Source of the DNA: the human T2T-CHM13v2.0 reference genome, Homo sapiens
Reading direction: 5' to 3' (one strand)
DNA length: 64,000 nt
Assembly (NCBI RefSeq): GCF_009914755.1
Contig: NC_060930.1
Part shown: one piece after another, positions 40,755-55,934 of the stretch
Numbering within the stretch: position 1 is the first letter of the stretch
How the letters are laid out: every line of letters starts with the position of its first letter
Position numbers and translations under genes: made by a program
The notes under the pieces: generated by a model
What the model saw: only the letters and a program-made list of their open reading frames with translations
Told to the model about the DNA's origin: nothing
Databases searched by the model: none

Positions 40755-43075
40755 ATAGAAAAGGAAATTTGAAAAACAACTCTATTTCCTATAGCATCCA
40801 AAGGAATAAAGTACTTAGGAATGAACTTAACAAAGGAGGCTAAAGATCTGCATACTGAAAACTAGAAGATAGTGCTGAAAGAAATTAAAGGCAACACAAA
40901 TAAATGGAAGGAAGTCCTGTGTGCAGGGATTAGAAGATTTAATACTGTTAGGATGTCACTACTACCAAAAGGGATCCACAGATTCCATGCATTCCCTATT
41001 GAAATCCCAATATAATTTTTTATTTTTGCAGAAATATAAAAATTCAACCCAAAATTCACAGAAAATTTCAAAGGATCCTGAAGAACCAAAATAATCTTGA
41101 AAAAGAACAAAGTTGGAATTCTTACATTTCCTGATTTCACAACATATTACAGGTTGAGTATCCCTTATCCAAAATGATTGGGATTACAGTGTGCAGATTT
41201 CAGATTCTGGAATACTTGCATTAACACTTACTGCTTTAGCAGCCTTAATCCATATAACTGGAAATGTGAAATGCTCCAATGAGCATCTCCTTTGAGTGTC
41301 ATGTTGGTATTCAAAAAGTTTCACATTTTGGAGCATTCTGTATTTTTGAATTAGAGATACTCAATTGGTGAAAAGCTACAGTGATCAGTACTGTGTGGTA
41401 ATGGTATCAAGACAGATATAGATATATGGGGCTGGGCACTACGACTCATGTCTGCAATCCCAGCATTTGGGGAGGCCGAGATGGGTGGATCGCTTGAGGT
41501 CAGGAGTTCAAGACCAGCCTGGCCTACATGGCGAAACCCTCTCTCTACTAAAAATACAAAAATTAGATGGGCGTGGTAGCACATGCCTGTATTCCCAGCT
41601 ACTCAGAAGGCTGGACATGAGAATTGCTTGAGCCTGGGAGGCAGAGGTTGCAGTGAGCTGAGATTGTGCCATTGTACTCCAGCATGGGTGACAGAGTGAG
41701 ACTGTCTCAAAAAAAAAAAAAGATATATAGACCAATGGAATAGAATCCAGAGCCCAGAAACAAACCCTTGTGTATATGGTCAAAAGCTAACACCACTCAA
41801 TGAAACAAGGACATTCTCTTCAACAAATGATGCAGGGAAAACTGGATATCCAAATGCAAAAGAATGAAGTTGGACTCTTACCTTCTAAAATATACAAAAG
41901 TTAACTCAAAATGGATTAAAGACTTAAATGTAAGACTTAACACTATAAAACCTCTAGAAGAAAACATAAGTGAAAAGCTTCATGACACTGTGTTTGGTAC
42001 TGATTTCTTGGATATAACACTAAAAGCGTAGGCAATAAAGTGTCAATAAATTAACAATAAACAAATGGGACAACATCAAACTTAAACACTTCTATATATC
42101 AAAGGAAACAATCAGTAGAGTAAAAAGGCAACCTATGGAATAGAAGAAAGTATCTGTAAGTCATATATTTAATAAGGGGTTACTACTAGAATATATAAAT
42201 AACTCTACAATTCAACAAAAACAAAATAACCCCATTAAAAAGTGAGCAAAGACTGGAATTGCCATTTTTCTAACGATGACACATGAAAAGCCAACAAGCA
42301 TATGAAAATATGTTCACCATCACTGATCATTAAAGAAACGCAAACCAAAACTACAAGACATCACCTCACATTCCTTAAGGTGGCTGTTATCAAAAAACAA
42401 GATCACGATTGTTGGCGAGAATGTGGAGATACAGAAATCTTTGTGCACTGTTAGTGGGAATGTAAAATGGTACAGCTGCTGTGGAAAATGGCATGGAGGC
42501 TCCTCAAAAAATTGAAAATAGGATTACTATATGATCCAGCAATCCCTATATATCAAGTGAAATTGAAAGAACAATCTCTAGAGATATCTATATTCCCATG
42601 TTCATAGCAGCGTTATTCACAATAGCCACGAGGTGAAAGCAACCCAAATGTTCACCAACACATGAACTGATAAACAAAATGTGGTATACAAATATAATGG
42701 AATATAATTCAGCCCTAAAAAGGAAGGAAATTCTGACATATGCTATAATAAGAATGAACCTTGAGGACATTATGCTAAGTGAAATAAGCCAGGCACAAAA
42801 ATTCAAACACTGCATGATTTCACTTTTATGTGGTCTATAAAGTAGCTAAATTCATAGGAACAGAAATTAAAACAGTGGCTGCCAGGGCCTGGGGGGAGGG
42901 GGAAATGGGGAGTTGTTTAATGGGTATAGAGTTTGAGTTTTGCAGGACTTAAAAAGTTCTGGGCATTGGTTGCACTTCAATATGAATATACTTAACACTG
43001 CTGAACTTTAGAATGATTAAAATGGTAAATTTTACGTTACATGCTTTTTTTTTTTTAACACAACTAAATATTTTT
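40755..43075 (+). mobile_element. L1MB-type LINE 3' fragment, interrupted by a Tigger4/Zombi-like element (~41148-41370) and an AluS (41429-41721)
   Basis: Decayed ORF2 3' end and 3' UTR motifs (gacattatgctaagtgaaataagccaggcacaaaa); flanked by the two halves of a MER3-like element (~40647-40755, ~43085-43165). Confidence 0.8.
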
Positions 43076-44637
43076 TAAAAACTTAAAATTTAGCTTGTCA
43101 GTTTCAGTAGCCACTTTCCAAGTGCTCACTGTGGCCAGTCACTACTGAATTCCACAGTGCAGCTCCAGGGTATAAATGACTCTGAGTCGTTTTCTGTTAG
43201 TATTTGCCTAAATACTTGGTTGTAAAGAGGTAAAAAGACAGCTATGTGATTAAATAGAGAAAGAGGAAGGTAATAAAAACAAAACAAAACAAGGCTCTGG
43301 ATCATGTGATGACAAATCTCTCATTTAACCTGTCAGCCACAGGTGGCCCTCAACCTTCTCTCAAGGAGTGTTAATTTTTGTTTTTACCCAGAACAAGATA
43401 GTTTTTCCATGGTAAATGCTCTTTTCCCCTGCCCAGTGAGTACCCAACTTTGGGGCCAAGCTGTTCTGTTTAACTACGGCTTTCTGTCTACAGCTAAGGA
43501 GGATCTCTGAAACACCAACACTCTAATAAATTAAAACTTTCCAGACATCAAAGATTGTTTCACCTGTGGCTTAGAGGGTTGGAGGCCTGACTCAATCATG
43601 AATCAAACACTGATTCCAGAAAGGCCGATGGAGCTTGAAAGAAAAACAGGCTGTAGGCAAAGCCATCAAGCTCTCACAACCCTGAATTATCCTTTAAGCA
43701 AAATCCTTTTAAGTGTCCATCAGGTTTATAAATCTGAATTGCTCTGGGAAGTTACGATTTTAAGAAACTGTTTCAGCCTTTCATCAAAAGGGTCATACTG
43801 TTATCCTGGAGAGAGGCAATGAGATCTTCTAGTTCACTGGTGAGTCCTTTAAGACTAAAGTACAATGTCTAAAGACCACAGAACAAGGTTTATATCTTTC
43901 AACTGACACCAAATAAACACAAGATTTAAAACAAAGAAGAAGATTCCTGGAGACATACAAATTACCTCATTGCATTTATAGCATGGTGAAAATTAACATT
44001 ACCTCAGCCCGTAATAATAAGTACAAATTATATTTTTCACTTACAAAATCAGAATTTATAGCACAGCCTAACAGCCTTTTACGAATTAGTGATATAGCAA
44101 ATGACTAATGTTTTCAAAATACTTTTTTGACTAAATTTTAAGATCCCTTGACAGGGCCTTGACAGGGATTAGCCAAGCAGGATAAAAATTCTTTATCTTG
44201 CTTTTGAGTGAACCACATTTAGAGTTCAGCCAGCTTCTGGATATGGTTGAAATAAAATGCCAAGGCAGCAGTCCAAGCCCACTTCCCCTTCAAAGGCCAT
44301 TTGGTTTTCCTACTTTCAAAAATGAAAGTATTCTGGCATTGTACTTATGTGTATGGACGCTCCAGGAGGGTAGGGCGTCCACTCATACATGCTTGAACAA
44401 AGAACAGCTTTCATCTTCAAATTCAAATGTTTAGGGAGAGCAAAATCCCCAAGTGAAGAGGAAGTGAGGGGACACTACTGCCCAGCTAGCCAGATTCATG
44501 ATCAATGGGAAAGATGGGATGGTGGATGTCACGGTCTCCCCCTCTTACGCCCACACCACAGCTCAGGGTCATGTACAGTCTGCACAGGAACAGCACTGGC
44601 TCCCAGACTTGCCCAGCTGCTCCCAACAGCTACTCAC

Positions 44638-44762
44638 CGCTGTGCCATGAATGATCCTCCTGCGAGAAGAGCCCTCAGGTGGTGTTACAAAGAGTTTTGG
44701 TCGATCCATCGAATTTCTAGAGTGTGCAGCTTTGTAGGGCATGATGATGGGGCTGCAAGATG
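44638..44762 (-). CDS. MAP7: MAP7 exon 8 (125 nt; alternative upstream acceptor at 44786 adds VIPICPRS)
   Basis: ttcag|CATCT ... GCG|gtgagt; ASCSPIIMPYKAAHSRNSMDRPKLFVTPPEGSSRRRIIHGTA. Confidence 0.96.
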
Positions 44763-47700
44763 CTGAACGAGGACAAATGGGGATAACTAGGGTGCAGGTG
44801 ATTGGTTTTACACACAAGAGTGCCAGAGGAGCAGTTGAAGAAAGCCAAAAGCAGGTTCAGGAAAAGGAGCAAAGCAGAGATAGAGAGAAAAGTAGGAAGA
44901 AGATGTTATTACCTAAAGGTGCCCAGAACCATCATACTCAACTGTCCTTACAGTCCTATGAATTTATGATGAGTCCAAAAGGAAGGCATGTCCACGTAAA
45001 AAATCTGGAATATATTGTTAGCTCTTTGGCTCTTTAAATACTAATGAAAGATGTAGAAGTAATCCAGTAATTATGGAGAGCAATGGTCTTATATTCCTAT
45101 TAGCTGATGGTTCTGGAAAAAAAACTACATTAGTGATAAAAGATAATTTTTATATAAAGACTAGTTTATAACCAGACTTTTCCTAAATTAGCTTTAAGAT
45201 GGAACAAAAGGTGGAAAGAGAGGAAGCGTGCAAGCAGGCAAGCAAGATATACTACAACTGTTTCAGGATTCAAATTCAACAGCCAGCAGGGGAAAAAAGC
45301 AACCAAACTTAAAAAATGTTAAGTGAACAAGTCTTACCAGGTGTTAAGACTTGTCACGAGGATAAGTAATACTTTTCCAGGAAAATATTCTGTACATGTC
45401 TTATTTATTTATAGGCAAACCAAATGCATGCTTCCGGGTTTTCCCAAAAGCCAAGGCATTTGATAGTTCATAAGAAGCAGCATTAGAGCATATGGGGAGA
45501 TTAGCTATATCTATTTAAAATGTTGAATAGAACAGAAATATGTTAGATCTGCCAAATGTAAGGTTGAACCGTGAAGAACCTTTACAGTTTTACTCAAGAT
45601 GGAATATTTTATGAAAAACTACATAGCTTCTGACCATTACCTTCCAAGGAACACTGTCATGAATCAACTTATTGCAAACAACAGTGGGTTTAAGGAAATT
45701 CATATAACACTGCATAGGTATCAAAAGTGTGAGTATTCAGGTTCTAAGGTCCATTTTCAGATCTCATTCAGAAATTTTATTTCCTAGCAAAAATAAGACA
45801 ATTAAACACAAGTATAGAGAATACTATGTATTTGGACATGGTTATAAAAGGACTTCTCAACTGTAGTCTTTGTAGCAACCCTTTAAAGAAACCACTATGC
45901 CAGCTGAATGTAAGAGGATTAATAACTTAACTCAAAAGTTCACAAGACAAACTTGGGGTGATCTTAACTTCAGGATTATAGAGTTGAAAAAAGATTTGCT
46001 ATTTGGGTTTAATTTACAGACAGAAAGTCAATCAGATTGCATCTTTATTAATGCACTCTTTCATTAAATGCCTGGCAGTATCTTCTGGCTATCACTGCAT
46101 GGTTTTGTTCTGCTTTGAGACAGGATCTCACTCTGTTGCCCAGGCTGAGGTGCAGTGGCACGATCTCATCTCGGCTCACTGCAGCCTTGACAGTGAATAG
46201 ATTGGAAACCGGTCTCTTTTCCCATCATTTGAAAACAGAATTCTGTTTCTTCAGGACAAACTAAAACACTTTTTCATTTCTTCAGTTTTCCTTAAAATAA
46301 TATATGTACGTCTTAATTGGAAACTGACATAAAGCTTTACTTCCAACCTTAATGGAGAAGGAAGGATTTGTATTGTGAAGGAAGGGAATCTCTTTGTCAT
46401 TTTGCCTGGGATCACAGGAAAAACTCTTTGAAAATAATCTTTTCTCAAGCGCCACAACAAGGCATTTGCATTTTCTAGACAAGAGTTCACTAATGCAAAA
46501 TTCTTCCAAGCCAATCAAATGCATTTAAGAAATAACATCCTGGCACAAGGCACTTCTGGGGATTAATAACCGGGGGCAGAGGCACGCACTGCTCAGGGCA
46601 CAGCCGGAGGCCATTCACCTTGCTCAAGGATCAAGAAACCCTAGAAAACAGCTCTGCTTGGAGGCCATGGGTCTGACACTGAAAAAGGAATGAAGTACAG
46701 AAATATGATTTTTCTCTCAAGTGGAAAATAACAATTTCATGAAGTATCTATGGAGCATTTCCTGAAGCTATCATGGATGTAAGCCAATATCACCAGGCCT
46801 CTGGTTTATTCTTTATTTTAATGTTGACATGATACTAAATATGGGTTGAAAATATCCTTAAACCTAGCTAGTATAGTCCATAGAAAAACATCCTCAAATT
46901 TAGTCCAAAGAACATCTTTTGGCTAAAATAAACCTAAGTTTCTTGTAAGGATATTAGATTTCATGGAATTCATTGCTGCACTGAATAGCAAGTACTGAAA
47001 AACCTGAAATCTTCAAATCAATTATTTGAATAATCTTGCCCTTCTTAAGAAATAATAACAATATATAGTTATTTTTTCCCAGAGTACACTTCATATCCCA
47101 AATAGTTAATTAAACATGAACACTGTCTCACGAAAATGTCTTTAAGAAAGTCTCCCACAATATATGTATTTGATCCTACTCTTGGTGGTAAGTATGCATT
47201 AATTGAACTCGTTCAGGATTTTCTATACGAAATAATGGGTGCAGAGAAAAGATAATGCAGGTCAAGTAGTTGAAATGTAGCATAGCAAAAAGAAAAATGG
47301 CATAATATGGTAATACGGTACTAGCATTTACTGAGGGCCTACTATGTGCAGGTACTAGTCTAAGCATTGCATATACATTATTTAATCCTGAGCTCTAATA
47401 ATCACTTGTATTTTGAATGTCCCGGGGAAAAAAAGTATAGAAAAGTCAACCCAAAGCAGTGGCTGCAAATGAGAGGTGTGAGACTGGGAGTTCCAGTTCT
47501 CAACTACTGTATTGTTTGTGCAGGGAGTTTGCAATCACTCTACATCCCAGGGCTAAAAGTAGCTGTTTAATCTGCTGATGTAACCCAGTACAGGACATAT
47601 TATAGGTTACCTTCTTGCCAATGGCAATTAGGAATATGATGAGGTTGAGGGACAACACTAAAATGGGAAAACATGAAAGAATAATCAAGGACAATAGATG

Positions 47701-48221
47701 AAAAATAAAAATGATGGAAAATGTGGTTTTGACAAGATAATCGGAAGAGATGTTTGCATATATACTTCTAAATGAAAATTTTAAAAAACCCCAGGAATTT
47801 TGGTTCATTAAACATAAGCTGTATCGATGAAACTGGTGACAATGAAGCAGGCAATGTATTGACAAAACAGGCAGCTCAAGTAAAGGCTATGCACTCTTTC
47901 ACACTAAAATAAATTACAGAAACATATCAACTTGTGAAAAGGAGAATGGAAATGTGTCAAAATAAAGAGCCGGTTTGCAGATAAAAAAGCACCTTGGTTG
48001 AGCATAACAACAAAGAAGGGGAGAAGATGGGCAAGTAGAATGGGTGGAAAATGAGGAAACAGTATTGGAAAAGACTAGAGGGAGAGTGAAAGAAGTGACA
48101 AGAGTTAGTGATGACAAAAATAGTAAAGACAATTTCCCAGCTGTGAGGCAGTCCTTTAGCACAACACAGCATACAAGGGGAGATTCAGAAGCATGACAGC
48201 CATAAACCAGCTAAATGCTAG

Positions 48222-48535
<314 letters not shown>

Positions 48536-49169
48536 TGAAAAGTGGTTTAAAAGCTTTTCAATTAGCTAAAGAAAAACTCATGACTTGTAGAAAAGTGTGA
48601 AATTCATAGGCATAAGAAAAAATATTGAAATAAGCTGTACTTTCTCCTCCTCCAGGAAAACCTCAGATGCAATGTGATGGCTCTGACAGGAGTGTGACTT
48701 TACAGAGAACACAGAACACTGTGGTTCAGCTAGTTGACTGCACATTTGCACATAAAGCATCATTCAGGGCATTGAGGATGGAGGGGAAAGCACATTTATG
48801 ATCCTGTCTGCCCATTTTCTAAGTGGCTTTGGTGTAAGTCACTTATTGTCGCTGCACTTGGTTTTCATAAGAAGGTTGTGGGAATGCCCACGCTTGCCTT
48901 CGTGACTGTCTCCCAGGGGTACTATGAGATTTAGGACTGAGATTTATTCGCTCATTGGGCACTGCAGATGAAAGACACCATAAAACCACCAACAATTATT
49001 ACTTAAAAGCAGGCTAATGAACATGGAGAGGCTTGCAAGGGCAAAGCACTTTTAAAGTGCCAAAGATGAGGGCTAGTAGACTGTTTATATAAATACACCA
49101 ATTGTCCCCAAAGATATTTGGGAAAACCTAAATCAACTCACCAGGAGAGATCCGTTACCCAAAGCCTTT

Positions 49170-49228
49170 CTTACCAACTGGATGTAGGCTTACCGACTAG
49201 ATGTAGGCTTACCGACTAGATGTAGGCT
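49170..49228. repeat. 19-bp tandem repeat, three copies (cttaccgactagatgtagg)
   Basis: Directly visible; two identical copies and one with two differences. Confidence 0.9.
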
Positions 49229-49862
49229 CCACACTAACTTCTCATTAAATTAACTGGCTAATTCAGGTATGTTTTGCATTTCAAAAAAGTAGGAGTTATA
49301 ACCAATCATCATAACTGGTACTAAGCATGTTTCATATAATTTCAAAGAATGTAACAAATAAGCATATTACAATTAGCCTACTCCACAACTCTGAGAGTTC
49401 TGGAAGGGTACAATTCCTAGATTACATATAAAAGAATGGCACAGGGAGAAGTAGTAGCTATGCCACAGCCACATTATGAAACTATATGCTGAAATAACAG
49501 ACTTGTGCTTTGATTTTATTCCCAAGTCCATATATTAGCATTAAATGTTAAATTATTTCTACCTTGGATTATCTGCTCAGAGACAGAGGCAGAAGGAAAG
49601 GCAGGGAAGGAATACTTTCTTCGGGTAATGTTATGAACAGACAGAAGCCTCTGAAGCCATCGGAGCCCGGGGAGAGGCTTCATCAGCCTGCCTGGAGTCT
49701 GGTGTCCAGATAAGATGCTAAGGCAGATGCCCAGAGGAAACAATGACAGGGGTATGAAACCAACACCGACAGACATTTCCACCGGGGGAAGAGAGAAGCG
49801 CATTTTAGGAAAAAGTGAGATGTGATTAGACGAATATGCTTCAAAGGGAGGACTTGACCTCA

Positions 49863-50012
<150 letters not shown>

Positions 50013-53000
50013 TCACCACATAAGCAAGATGTTAGAAGCATTCTTTTCAGAGTCAAGAGGGCATAATACATCGTACCTATTGCTTCCATACGCTGGGCCT
50101 TCACAGGACCAGGCTCTGCAGGGAGGATGGTTGGCCAAGAGTCAGGGCAACAGGACCCCTGTCCAGAGGGAGCAGTTATTCCACCAGGTTGCTTTTCTTC
50201 AAGATGTTAAGTTTGTAGCAAGCTCTAAATTAGTTTTACAGATGCAAATTTTGCTAACCACCCTCTTTTACTAGTCAACTAGCAATAAACAAAAAATACC
50301 ATTTCAGCTATTGTTTTGGTGTATATCTATAACTCCAGAGTGGTACTGTCTGATGGGCATTGGGATGGGCAGTAGACTGATGGCACATACCTTAGTCAAA
50401 AGGCTTCCTAAGTACCTTGAATAATAAACCCCAATAGAGGCACTGGCAGGTTAATGAAAGACGAGTTAAATAAAAGACAGAAAGGGGACCCAATAAATTA
50501 TGCTAGATCTCCATGAATTGCTACTTGGGCAATGGGAGTATGTGTGTGGGAATTAGATATAATAAAATGAAAGAAGATTCGTGCAAAGTTCTGTATGGGA
50601 ATCCTTTTGACCTTTTCACTTGGCAAGCCAAGTTCTTTCAGGTCCCTTTTTGGCAACAATATAAAAAATTTGGCCAAGGACAAGGCTAAGGCTGAAGCAA
50701 GATAAAATTAAACAGAAAAGCCAAAATCCAATATAAACATAATCCTAGAGATTGCTAGTGGATGCCTAAGAAGTCTAGAAAACAAATTTAAAATAACGCA
50801 ATGATGTATGGTCCCAAATTATATTGGAGCTTAGCAAGGCCATAGTCAGGACATGTATGCCAATTATAAATTAATTACTTTGCTTATATGGTTAGTTTCC
50901 AGTGATGGCTCATGAAAAGATAGAAGCTATTTTCCAAAAATATCAGTAAAGCTTGCAAAATTCTACAAATATCACTGAAGTGATTACATATCTTTGTTTT
51001 AGAACACATTCCTGTCACTTTTAAAAGTTTTGTTTGTGTTTTTGTTTAAGACAGGGATCTTGCCATGTTGCTCAGGCTGATTTTGAACTCCTGGGCTCAA
51101 GCAATCCTTCCTCAGCCTCCCAAGTAGCTGGGTTTACAGGTGCATGCCACTGTGACTGGATTAAAAGTCTTTAAAACTGTCTACACCTGAAAAGGCTGCT
51201 TCTGTTCCACTCCACAAACAGCAGGTGGCAAAGTCTCCTTTGCCTCTGGAGCAGTGTTCTATATAACTATCTTAAATATATCATATTTTAAGTGAATGGC
51301 ATTTAAATGCTAGGAAATTAGTTTTAATTAATAAAAGCCATATACTGCTAAACATTGTCTTAAAAATAGTTGCTTCCATTTGGAATGAAGTATCAATTTC
51401 CAATAAGTACCTTAACTATGTGACTAATTTAAAAGAGTAAATATTTTGATCAGGCTCTGGTGAATTTAAGAATTAGTGAATTGTTTGTTAGAGTCTGTTT
51501 ACTAGAAGAGTCTTCATGGTTAAATTAAATATTATCTGACATTAAGATTAATTAAAAAGATGTTATAAAAACTACTGCAATAGTTACAATTAGAAAGCAC
51601 CACGGGCTAAGTACTATCATAAGCTATGTGCAGCAGTGTAACAACAGAATAGAATACAATCTAAAATTAGAATACATGTACAGGGTAAAATCAGTGGGGA
51701 AAAGGTGATTAGGACTAACTGAAAATCTTCCACAGAACTATTTTCAAGAGATGAGAAAGGGAAGAAAGTTAAACTCTTCCTTTTCTTAGAAAAACTGTAC
51801 GATGACTGTGGCTTACAACTGCAGAGATGGGTTGTCATGGAAAAGATAAGTCTCCTTTCTCCATTAAGAAGTTCAGTTACTTTATTTCCATGAGTCTGAA
51901 GGCATCGACCAAAAAATTTATCTCAAATGATTAAAAACCCATTGTAACCTGTGGTAAAGCAAATCCAGAGAGATCTGTTTCATATCTCCTGATACTCTGA
52001 ACTAAACATATTGCTAGGAGAAACATGTTTCCACTTCCACCACATTCATAACTATGCCTTGACCAAGATGGAGACAGAGCGTCCGTAAGATAACTTTTTA
52101 GTAAAGGTTAATAAAGGAGAATTGGTGCATTGTTGTTGTTGTTGTTTTTTGTTTTGTTAGTTTGTTTTTTTCCCCTAGAGGGGCCTGATTTTAAGATTAC
52201 CAAACCGAAGGGAGAGATATTAACTCTCATGGAACAACGCTATGGCATCGATCCTATTTAAGCACTTAAAATTGAGATATTGACAATTTCCATTATAGGC
52301 CACCCAGATGAAGAGAGGCAAACTCAAAGGCCTCTGGGGGCCATGCAAGTTAACATAAATAAATGATCGGGGCTAAACAAACTTTATGGATACCTGCCTT
52401 ACCACTTCCTCCCATAAGCGTGACATCACTATTCCATTTCAGGTAATAGGTGCCAGGAAGAAATTAGACACATGTTGCCAGGTCCTGATTTTTTCTTTAG
52501 AAGTAGAAAACTGAAATGTTACATGAAGTATTCTATATTTTAAGTGTTGGCAATTAATTCTAATTAAAACAAGAACAAACAACACTGCTCAGGTAAAACA
52601 GAACAAGCCTGTGAGCAGAATTTATTTCGAGGTCTACCTCTGAGTCCTATGATGAAGATTCTGGGGAAAAAATGTATTGATGGATTTTAAGCAAAAAGTA
52701 GGCAATTTTTCTTACTCTTTTCCAACTTCCTAATATTCTTTCTTGAGAAAAAGTTGGTTAAGCAGATAGCTTAAAGATAATAATATATACTTTTAATGTA
52801 AAAATTTCCAGTGGCAACATTCTGTTCCAGCAATTACAGAAACCTTTCATAATCAGAGGTTTCTTTTAACCAAAGTAATCTTATCAGTCCATGTAACACC
52901 ATATTCAGGTGTAATAATTAAAATATTTAAAAACTGACAAGGCACAGACACTACACTAATGACTGGCTTCCCTTGGCTTTGGAGGGCCCGGGGAAGCACA

Positions 53001-53303
53001 TCTTGGAAAAGTGATATGGAAATATTTCAGTATTTTTAATAACTAGTAGAGCTCTTTGGATATATTACAGCAGAACATGAGCCCTGATGGTATCGGAGCC
53101 TCAATTTAATCTCAGCTTTAAGGCCTATGCCTTAGGACTGAGAAAGCTCAAACAATCTAATAATGATGTATATACCTGCTTGACCCATTTGTCTATAAGG
53201 TCCTCTAATTTAACAATCTGGTAAGAATGCTTTCTAATGAGATAATAAAGTATAACTAACTTTTAAAAATAGCAGGAAAGAACTAATGGAATTACTTAAA
53301 TTT

Positions 53304-53615
53304 CTTTTATTTATTTTTAATTATTTTCTTTTTGAGATACGATCTCACTCTATTGCCCAGGCTGGAGTACAGTGGTACAATCATAGCTCACCACAGTCTT
53401 GACCTCCCAAGGCTTAGGTGATCCCCCTGCCTCAGCCCCCGAGTAACTAGGACTACAGGTGCACACCATCACGCTTGGCTAATTTTTGTATTTTTAGTAG
53501 AGATGGGGTTTCGCGATGGTGCCCAGGCTGGTCTCAAATTCCTGGGGCTCAAATGATTCACCCACTTTGGCCTCCCAAAGTGCTGGAAATACAGGTGTGA
53601 GCCACTGTGCCTGGC
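53304..53615 (-). mobile_element. AluJ
   Basis: Alu consensus; TSD cttaaatttct. Confidence 0.87.
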
Positions 53616-54012
53616 CTTAAATTTCTAAATTAGAGAAATTTAAATTCAGAAGAAGTTTTAAAATTCTCACTATAATAAAAGGCCTAAGCCTTTCAGGGTT
53701 CTACTGAGGGCTTTGCTTAAGTTAAAAAGAAAAAAATTCCTTCCTAGACAATATATGGGAGCCCCTTCAGGCTGACCTGGCCTGCTAGACCAGGAACTGA
53801 TTGACAGTTCTTTGGTAAGGAGGCAGAGAAGCAGAACTCTCAAATCTAGCGTTCTCCCTCTTGTCCTATTATTTCTGCTTAGTATTCTATTTTCTGGGCC
53901 TCTACCATGATTCATAGGGCAGTTTTCTGGCCCCCTCTATGAACTGGTTATTGAACTTCCCTTAACGCTGATGTCCTATGTCCTAATTCTCTACTCCTTA
54001 CCACTTCTAACC

Positions 54013-54014
<2 letters not shown>

Positions 54015-54089
<75 letters not shown>
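54015..54089. repeat. (CA)n(GA)n compound dinucleotide microsatellite
   Basis: Long pure AC run followed by an AG run. Confidence 0.97.
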
Positions 54090-55823
54090 ATGCATGGAGT
54101 CAGAGTCAATCTAAGAAAGGACACCCATGAAGGTGAGAACTGAGGATGCAGTGTGGCGGTCACACGGGTGAGGAGTCACCCTTCTGCAATAATTAGCCTG
54201 TAGGACATTAAAGAGAGGCTCGCAACCTCTTAGGGACTCTATCACCCCAACTAGAGTAGGTGATCTATCCAGTAGATCTTTTTCAGTTCCAAGATTCTAC
54301 TGCCTTAAGAAGGTCTATTGTGCAGAGAGTCTAGAATACATCTTTCTAATTGATACAGACAATTCAATGTCATTCCACAGCATGGACAGGATATTGCCAA
54401 GTTTGTTGTCTAGCTCCCTACTCCCACCCTTACCCTAATTTCAGCTATGGGATTGTAGAAGATAATAAAGTTTTAAAGAAGTGTAAAATACTAATTGTAG
54501 TTTGTCTCAGATCCAGGTTCACAAAAGTATGAAACTAAAGTGCTAAGTGACCAACTGCAAAGAAAAGATGAATAGACAACTGTAAGAGTAACATTCACAT
54601 GCTATATTTTGTCTTATATTTAGGGAATAGGTTTGAAAATAAAGAATATGAAAGAAATTTAAATTCACAATATTTATGAAAGGCCCCTAATTTGACTACA
54701 AGTCTAATATTGATGGTTTAGGCAAATTAGGTTAAAAAAACAAAAGGAAAGAGTTTTGGCTAAAAGACAAGAATGGAAAGTTGTTCAAACATTTACTATT
54801 TTAAGAGATTAGTTATAAAATAACACCAACAGTCACAGAATATTGTACATTACAATGACACCATAACTTTTATACAATACAAAATATATAAATATACATA
54901 CACACATACAGAACATGCACACATTACATTTTTTAAAGATTATAAACACTGAAACTTTCCCAATCAGTTTCTTAATAAAGCACTCAAAGTAACCACAATT
55001 TTTTACTTTTAAAGAGTATGGGCTTCATATTGCACAACAATTCTTTGGTTTTATTTAAAATCATCTTAGTTATGTAAAAACAAGCAGCTTATCTTAAAAG
55101 CTTGATTTTTTTCATTCTATGATCTATGTAAAACAAAACTTTTGCTTTATAAATAACTCAACATTCATGTACTGTAAATCCATGGGATGAATAAAACTCA
55201 AAATTCAAACAAGATGTTAATAAAGGACTATGAATATTAAATGTTTCAGGAGGCTGTAATTATGATGATTTCTTGAAGTTAGGCCAGATCCCTCAAGAGT
55301 TAATGAATGGACACCAAAAAACCAACAGCACACATAAGAAATGCAGTAAGAAATAATTTGGTTAAATGAGAAGTAAATTGGCAAAATAAAATCTACCAAT
55401 CTGAATCATTTAAAAAGTTTTTAAAGAAAGTCAGAGCCTGGAATTCCCAAAGTACAGATAGATGAAAAGCCAAAGACAGTATGATTGAAGTAAAAGAAAT
55501 GTTCATAACAAAGATTATTTGCATTTTGGTGGATAAGTGGGTGATTTCTGGAGCTGTAAACTCATTTACTAAAAAGTTGAGAGAAGCACCGCTTTCGTCA
55601 CTGCTAAATGCAATCACTCAGCCAAGTTCTAAAATGAGAAATGTTCTTGTCGCAAGGAAAATGCTGCTCAGCCGTTTATTGCTTTTTTACTCTGAAGTTT
55701 TTTTCTTCCTATTTAAGAAACGTAGGGAAAGCAACTTCAGATGCTTATTTTTATCTGTAAACATCCAGAAAAAAAAGCATTAAGTAAATAACAGACACTT
55801 TTTTGTTTTCCTTTGGACTGTAC

Positions 55824-55934
55824 CTCTATCTGGAGAATTTAGTAAAGTTGCAGATGAAGAGGAGAGCCGCTTGCTAATGACGGGATCAACATATTTCGAA
55901 AGATTCATGGTGGAAACTGACCGCCTGTCTGGAT
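55824..55934 (-). CDS. MAP7: MAP7 exon 6 (111 nt, phase-symmetric)
   Basis: ttttag|ATCCA ... AGAG|gtac; DPDRRSVSTMNLSKYVDPVISKRLSSSSATLLNSPDR. Confidence 0.96.

Noticed and set aside
45338-45389. 52-nt segment with a strong CTG|gtaaga donor in intron 7
   Set aside because: The acceptor lacks a polypyrimidine tract and the length is not 3n.
49170-49228. Short regular repeats (also 27681-27740 and ~60977-61013) as a CRISPR-like array
   Set aside because: Head-to-tail copies with no unique spacers; eukaryotic slippage repeats.
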